64,000 nt of DNA, from contig NIVC01000077.1 of assembly GCA_002269645.1 (NCBI GenBank), positions 186,001 through 250,000 on the forward strand, given 5' to 3'. Source of the stretch: Macrostomum lignano. Taxonomy: Eukaryota. The notes below the pieces were generated by a model. It saw only the letters and a list, made by a program, of their open reading frames with translations. It searched no databases and was not told the DNA's origin. The position numbers were made by a program, and so were the translations under genes. Shown here piece by piece: positions 59,531-64,000 of the stretch (positions within the stretch are counted from its first letter, which is position 1; each line of letters begins with the position of its first letter).

Positions 59531-62500
59531 CGCACCTGTATTTTGCACGCAGTCAGTTTCTTTAGACAAATAGACACTGTTGAAGCTAGAGGCGCAGTTG
59601 CCTTCTAATAACTACACCAAGCAGTCTCGCGCATGCACAGGCGTTCGAAAATACGCTCACGGCGTGTTATTCTGCTTCCGTGCACTTGTATTTTGCACGC
59701 AGTCAGTTTCTTTAGACAAATAGACACTGTTGAAGCTAGAGGCGCAGTTGCCTTCTAATAACTACACCAAGCAGTCTCGCGCATGCACAGGCGTTCGAAA
59801 ATACGCTCACGGCGTGTTATTCTGCTTCCGCGCACTTGTATTTTGCACGCAGTCAGTTTCTTTAGACAAATAGACACGGTTTAAGCTAGAGGCGCAGTTG
59901 CCTTCTAATAACTACACCAAGCAGTCTCGCGCATGCACAGGCGTTCGAAAATACGCTCAATACGCTCACGGCGTGTTATTCTGCTTCCGCGCACTTGTAT
60001 TTTGCACGCAGTCAGTTTCTTTAGACAAATAGACACGGTTTAAGCTAGAGGCGCAGTTGCCTTCTAATAACTACACCAAGCAGTCTCGCGCATGCACAGG
60101 CGTTCGATAAAACGCTCACGGCGTGTTATTCTGCTTCCGCGCACTTGTATTTTGCACGCAGTCAGTTTCTTTAGACAAATAGACACGGTTTAAGCTAGAG
60201 GCGCAGTTGCCTTCTAATAACTACACCAAGCAGTCTCGCGCATGCACAGGCGTTCGAAAATACGCTCACGGCGTGTTATTCTGCTTCCGTGCACTTGTAT
60301 TTTGCACGCAGTCAGTTTCTTTAGACAAATAGACACGGTTTAAGCTAGAGGCGCAGTTGCCTTCTAATAACTACACCAAGCAGTCTCGCGCATGCACAGG
60401 CGTTCGAAAATACGCTCACGGCGTATTATTCTGCTTCCGCGCACTTGTATTTTGCACGCAGTCAGTTTCTTTAGACAAATAGACACGGTTTAAGCTAGAG
60501 GCGCAGTTGCCTTCTAATAACTACACCAAGCAGTCTCGCGCATGCACAGGCGTTCGAAAAAACGCTCACGGCGTGTTATTCTGCTTCCGCGCACTTGTAT
60601 TTTGCACGCAGTCAGTTTCTTTAGACAAATAGACACGGTTTAAGCTAGAGGCGCAGTTGCCTTCTAATAACTACACCAAGCAGTCTCGCGCATGCACAGG
60701 CGTTCGAAAATACGCTCAATACGCTCACGGCGTGTTATTCTGCTTCCGCGCACTTGTATTTTGCACGCAGTCAGTTTCTTTAGACAAATAGACACGGTTT
60801 AAGCTAGAGGCGCAGTTGCCTTCTAATAACTACACCAAGCAGTCTCGCGCATGCACAGGCGTTCGAAAATACGCTCACGGCGTGTTATTCTGCTTCCGTG
60901 CACTTGTATTTTGCACGCAGTCAGTTTCTTTAGACAAATAGACACGGTTTAAGCTAGAGGCGCAGTTGCCTTCTAATAACTACACCAAGCAGTCTCGCGC
61001 ATGCACAGGCGTTCGAAAATACGCTCACGGCGTGTTATTCTGCTTCCGCACTTGTATTTTGCACGCAGTCAGTTTCTTTAGACAAATAGACACGGTTTAA
61101 GCTAGAGGCGCAGTTGCCTTCTAATAACTACACCAAGCAGTCTCGCGCATGCACAGGCGTTCGAAAATACGCTCAATACGCTCACGGCGTGTTATTCTGC
61201 TTCCGCGCACTTGTATTTTGCACGCAGTCAGTTTCTTTAGACAAATAGACACGGTTTAAGCTAGAGGCGCAGTTGCCTTCTAATAACTACACCAAGCAGT
61301 CTCGCGCATGCACAGGCGTTCGAAAATACGCTCACGGCGTGTTATTCTGCTTCCGTGCACTTGTATTTTGCACGCAGTCAGTTTCTTTAGACAAATAGAC
61401 ACGGTTTAAGCTAGAGGCGCAGTTGCCTTCTAATAACTACACCAAGCAGTCTCGCGCATGCACAGGCGTTCGAAAATACGCTCACGGCGTATTATTCTGC
61501 TTCCGCGCACTTGTATTTTGCACGCAGTCAGTTTCTTTAGACAAATAGACACGGTTTAAGCTAGAGGCGCAGTTGCCTTCTAATAACTACACCAAGCAGT
61601 CTCGCGCATGCACAGGCGTTCGAAAATACGCTCAATACGCTCACGGCGTGTTATTCTGCTTCCGCGCACTTGTATTTTGCACGCAGTCAGTTTCTTTAGA
61701 CAAATAGACACGGTTTAAGCTAGAGGCGCAGTTGCCTTCTAATAACTACACCAAGCAGTCTCGCGCATGCACAGGCGTTCGAAAATACGCTCACGGCGTG
61801 TTATTCTGCTTCCGCGCACTTGTATTTTGCACGCAGTCAGTTTCTTTAGACAAATAGACACGGTTTAAGCTAGAGGCGCAGTTGCCTTCTAATAACTACA
61901 CCAAGCAGTCTCGCGCATGCACAGGCGTTCGAAATACGCTCAATACGCTCACGGCGTGTTATTCTGCTTCCGCGCACTTGTATTTTGCACGCAGTCAGTT
62001 TCTTTAGACAAATAGACACGGTTTAAGCTAGAGGCGCAGTTGCCTTCTAATAACTACACCAAGCAGTCTCGCGCATGCACAGGCGTTCGAAAATACGCTC
62101 AATACGCTCACGGCGTGTTATTCTGCTTCCGCGCACTTGTATTTTGCACGCAGTCAGTTTCTTTAGACAAATAGACACGGTTTAAGCTAGAGGCGCAGTT
62201 GCCTTCTAATAACTACACCAAGCAGTCTCGCGCATGCACAGGCGTTCGAAAATACGCTCACGGCGTGTTATTCTGCTTCCGTGCACTTGTATTTTGCACG
62301 CAGTCAGTTTCTTTAGACAAATAGACACGGTTTAAGCTAGAGGCGCAGTTGCCTTCTAATAACTACACCAAGCAGTCTCGCGCATGCACAGGCGTTCGAA
62401 AATACGCTCAATACGCTCACGGCGTGTTATTCTGCTTCCGCGCACTTGTATTTTGCACGCAGTCAGTTTCTTTAGACAAATAGACACGGTTTAAGCTAGA

Positions 62501-64000
62501 GGCGCAGTTGCCTTCTAATAACTACACCAAGCAGTCTCGCGCATGCACAGGCGTTCGAAAATACGCTCACGGCGTGTTATTCTGCTTCCGTGCACTTGTA
62601 TTTTGCACGCAGTCAGTTTCTTTAGACAAATAGACACGGTTTAAGCTAGAGGCGCAGTTGCCTTCTAATAACTACACCAAGCAGTCTCGCGCATGCACAG
62701 GCGTTCGAAAATACGCTCAATACGCTCACGGCGTGTTATTCTGCTTCCGCGCACTTGTATTTTGCACGCAGTCAGTTTCTTTAGACAAATAGACACGGTT
62801 TAAGCTAGAGGCGCAGTTGCCTTCTAATAACTACACCAAGCAGTCTCGCGCATGCACAGGCGTTCGAAAATACGCTCACGCACGCGTGTTATTCTGCTTC
62901 CGCGCACTTGTATTTTGCACGCAGTCAGTTTCTTTAGACAAATAGACACGGTTTAAGCTAGAGGCGCAGTTGCCTTCTAATAACTACACCAAGCAGTCTC
63001 GCGCATGCACAGGCGTTCGAAAATACGCTCACGGCGTTTATTCTGCTTCCGCGCACTTGTATTTTGCACGCAGTCAGTTTCTTTAGACAAATAGACACGG
63101 TTTAAGCTAGAGGCGCAGTTGCCTTCTAATAACTACACCAAGCAGTCTCGCGCATGCACAGGCGTTCGAAAATACGCTCAATACGCTCACGGCGTGTTAT
63201 TCTGCTTCCGCACTTGTATTTTGCACGCAGTCAGTTTCTTTAGACAAATAGACACGGTTTAAGCTAGAGGCGCAGTTGCCTTCTAATAACTACACCAAGC
63301 AGTCTCGCGCATGCACAGGCGTTCGAAAATACGCTCACGGCGTGTTATTCTGCTTCCGCGCACTTGTATTTGCACGCAGTCAGTTTCTTTAGACAAATAG
63401 ACACGGTTTAAGCTAGAGGCGCAGTTGCCTTCTAATAACTACACCAAGCAGTCTGCGCATGCACAGGCGTTCGAAAATACGCTCACGGCGTGTTATTCTG
63501 CTTCCGTGCACTTGTATTTTGCACGCAGTCAGTTTCTTTAGACAAATAGACACGGTTTAAGCTAGAGGCGCAGTTGCCTTCTAATAACTACACCAAGCAG
63601 TCTCGCGCATGCACAGGCGTTCGAAAATACGCTCACGGCGTGTTATTCTGCTTCCGCACTTGTATTTTGCACGCAGTCAGTTTCTTTAGACAAATAGACA
63701 CGGTTTAAGCTAGAGGCGCAGTTGCCTTCTAATAACTACACCAAGCAGTCTCGCGCATGCACAGGCGTTCGAAAATACGCTCACGGCGTGTTATTCTGCT
63801 TCCGTGCACTTGTATTTTGCACGCAGTCAGTTTCTTTAGACAAATAGACACGGTTTAAGCTAGAGGCGCAGTTGCCTTCTAATAACTACACCAAGCAGTC
63901 TCGCGCATGCACAGGCGTTCGAAAATACGCTCACGGCGTGTTATTCTGCTTCCGCGCACTTGTATTTTGCACGCAGTCAGTTTCTTTAGACAAATAGACA
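59531..64000. repeat. 150-bp satellite (159-bp variants), running off the window end
   Basis: Period 150 (e.g. AGTCAGTTTC at 59551, 59701, 59851); variant with a 9-bp AATACGCTC duplication. Confidence 0.97.

Overview
Eukaryotic (metazoan invertebrate) nuclear DNA. (1) 1-17211 is the right-hand ~17 kb of an AT-rich, nearly intact Polinton/Maverick endogenous dsDNA virus. It encodes pPolB, major and minor capsid proteins, a packaging ATPase, an adenain protease, a lectin fibre and an integrase, and ends in ...CTACTACT. Its most unusual feature is a 299-nt ORF-less self-splicing group I intron with an IC1-type fold (14817-15115, ending in A instead of G). The intron splits the Ca-binding loop of a parvovirus-type PLA2 domain fused in frame to the integrase, and a solitary PD-(D/E)xK endonuclease gene lies directly upstream. 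The element is also peppered with a family of 28+2-nt frame-preserving double-hairpin insertions. (2) 19260-29405 is a young full-length Ty3/Gypsy LTR retrotransposon (minus strand, ATTG TSD) with an extra 3' ORF and no recognisable PPT. (3) 29.4-64 kb is host DNA: the 3' part of NOL6, a CNPY2-like gene and an LMLN/invadolysin-like gene. It also holds several DNA-transposon derivatives (P, hAT, Mutator-foldback), a CORE-like SINE, a Penelope remnant, and 31-, 48- and 150-bp tandem repeats. All assignments are from reading motifs by eye; no database search was run.
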